A stretch of 64,000 nucleotides of DNA from Macrostomum hystrix (Eukaryota > Animalia > Platyhelminthes), in assembly GCA_950097015.1 (NCBI GenBank), contig CATNEN010000038.1, positions 26,164,001 to 26,228,000 on the forward strand, written 5' to 3'. The notes beneath the pieces are model-generated. The model was not told where the DNA came from. It saw only the letters and a program-made list of their open reading frames with translations, and ran no database searches. A program made the translations under genes and the position numbers. Below are positions 61,338-64,000 of the stretch, in pieces (position 1 is the first letter of the stretch; each line of letters starts with the position of its first letter).

Positions 61338-62906
61338 GCTCGAAGATGAAACTATAAACTTAATTCACTACAATATATCACTGGTTTTTGCAGGCACAGT
61401 GTACTTTGGTAGAAATCAGCTAAGGCGTTACTAGAAGGTCAATGTCATGTAGGTAAAAATATTTTTTTAAGTTGTTTCTTTGAAATCAAACTTTTGTGTG
61501 AGTAATGTATTGATTAAACAAAGTGTAGAAATATATTACCTATTTAGCTTAAACTGATTTATTTTTCAAAGCATTTCGGGAATAAAACTATTAGTTTACT
61601 CCTACTCCATTCCTCAAACTATAAAAAATTGCATCGAAGCAATCCATCGTTGTGTTGTGTTTAACTCTTCTATATATAGCGCCAAATTATGCTTACTCAA
61701 CGATCTAGAATTTGATGTTCATAAGCTGAACTCTTCACAAAAGTAGTGCATGGTTTTTGCATGCCTACCTTTTTTAATACAATCGGTGGTGTTTTAATAC
61801 ATTAGCATATAAACATATTATATTCCATATAGAATTTTATAATCTTACATGCTGATTTAATAGGTTCAGACAAATTGTAGTAGTTGCACATAATATAATA
61901 CATTAGTATACAAACACAGCATGCACGCTTCAATAACAAACGTGCAGAAGTAAGTTACGCTTGAAGCTTGAGGCTCAGTTCACGACTGCGTCCTAGCCAC
62001 AGTCGAAATCCCTCAATGAATTTATAATTTATGATCGCGGCGATGTGTAAAACATACTCAATGGTTTGCCGATGCTGACTGCGACTGCGCGGTCGTCGCT
62101 GCAGATTCCCAACAGGGCTCCTGAAGCGGCTCACGCCATCCATGCAACCGGTGAATGCGCACGCTTCGTCTTTCATATTCGGTTGGAGGGCCAGCACGAT
62201 CTGCGTCAAAATATGAATTTGCCTACTATACATGTATAACAGAACTTTATAATCAAACTGCTTAAACAACAGTACAAAAACGGGTCCAAAAATGCCCTAA
62301 TTGTGCCGTAAAAGCATCCGGCTGAATCGCATCGTTGCTCATGCAACGCATACTTAAAACTATATTATGGCATATCATTTTATCGACATGTATAGCTAGC
62401 TTTCTAATTCGGCGTAGCCGCGAATTAGCCAGTATTACACACACGATCGGGATGGGATGAAACGATCGCATCATCGGAATGCTGACGCGTCATAAGGGTG
62501 CGGTCGTCGTTCGTTAACAGACACATACTACATACCTGATCAGAGGCTATTCCGATTGCGACAACGAGAGAATTTTCAGTGTACTAAATGAGCCCACTTG
62601 TATAGTACCAAGGACCGACAACTAAGAGCGCTATCTGTGCATCACTGCTCGAGCACTCCAGATGTAGTACTGCAGCATGAGTACTCGTTATGAGTACTTA
62701 ACGAGCGCCTGCATGATGCAGCTAATTGTGTAGACATTCTCGGCAACGATTGAAACTGTCTCTGCGGCGTCACAAAAAGTCTAGTTGTAAATGTAAATCC
62801 AATTATACGTCAGTTGGTATAGCATGCAGCACTCGCATTCCGCGTTCGTTCAGCTATCGAATAACGATCACTACAGTCTCACAGTGCACAGTTTAAATTT
62901 TAACTA

Positions 62907-63523
62907 TACTCAGCAACAGCTAAAACCCCCCAACTAACGCTGTCACACGGCCCAAAAGTTTTGTATGCCATCGGTGACTCAGAAATGTGTGAAGGCTGCC
63001 GCCGCCAGATGCGAGCGCAAAGTGCGGCATGGGGGATTTGGGGAGGGGGTGGCGCAACTCTATGCAGACCTATGCAGAGCTGCTACAGCAGCAGTTTCTG
63101 CCATTTGCTACGACAACCTTTGGCGGCCCGCAGACCTGCATGCTTCAAGACGACAACGCTGCGCCACATCGAGCAGCACACGTGCAGCTGCTGAAGGAGC
63201 AGCTCGGCATTCGCACATTGAACTGGCCGTCAAAGTCTCCAGACATGAGCCCCATCGAGCATGTCTGGGACTTTGTAAAGCGAAGAGTTCAGCAGGATGC
63301 CCCACAGAATGCTGAACAGTTGCGACTGGCGGTGCTGAATGCCTGGCAGCAGCTGCCCCAAGAGTTCATCAACCGGCTGTTGATCAGGATGCCACGACGA
63401 TTCACGGCACTTTTGCATGCTCGTGGTTCCTACACACGATACTGCAAGACTAGAATTAAAGACATTGCTTAACTTTTGTGCCCGTGTGACAGCGCGAGTT
63501 GGGGGTTTAGCTGTTGCTGAGTA
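62907..63523 (+). mobile_element. Internally deleted Tc1 (DD34E) element retaining the catalytic C-terminus
   Basis: TIR TACTCAGCAACAGCTAAA..CCCCCAACT..CGCTGTCACACGG at both ends with TA flanks; ORF 63029-63472 has LQDDNAAPH...WPSKSPDMSPIEHVW, with 34 residues between D and E. Confidence 0.92.
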
Positions 63524-64000
63524 TATTCTGTATTTATCAGCTATCTCTCTCTCCCTCTCTAGTTAAGCTATTCCGAAATTCCGAAACTACATGTACATTA
63601 GGGTTTGCAATTAAAGGTCCTCATCTCATACCGGTAATTGATCGATCACATCTCTTTTATTTACCGGTAATTACAGGTTAACAGTATTGCTATAATTTAA
63701 TTCACTAAAAACGTGTTTGTTGTTCCCTTCTTAAAAAACATTTAAAAATGTGTTTGGGCTGATAAGTGAGAATCGTAGGCATGTATATTTAGCTTGAGAA
63801 TCTGAATAAAATATGTTTTACAGTAGAGGACAGCAACTTGAAACTGTAATTAGAACAACATCATTAACTACTTTTAAAGAGTCTGCACATCATCACATGT
63901 GAAAATGAAGTGTCAGTCAATTTTCGCTGAGTGCCGATTGCGGATTGAAAGATAAAGCTTTGAAGAAGCTCACTGATGAAGCTCAAGCTGCAGGTGAAAA

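Overview
Eukaryotic (metazoan) genomic DNA. AT-rich introns, most long ones filled by a private minisatellite, and GC-rich exons with polyQ/polyA tracts suggest a free-living flatworm such as Macrostomum (inference from style only). Seven host genes could be reconstructed by hand, all on the minus strand: TTC8/BBS8 (3' end outside the window), an intronless LRR transmembrane protein, a PLEKHD1-like PH/coiled-coil gene, a DUF21/CBS (CNNM/MAM3-type) transporter, an intronless secreted LamG-like gene with one frameshift, a C-type lectin/sushi membrane protein, and IST1. Mobile DNA includes a Bel/Pao relic with an internally inverted gag, an internally deleted DD34E Tc1, four MITE insertions with intact target-site duplications and three copies of a tRNA-derived SINE. 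About 25 tandem arrays produce most of the long spurious ORFs. The most interesting element is a TA-flanked Tc1/mariner-type transposon (53480-55707). Convergent to its truncated transposase it carries a spliced second gene that looks like an SH3-like plus BEN-domain protein.
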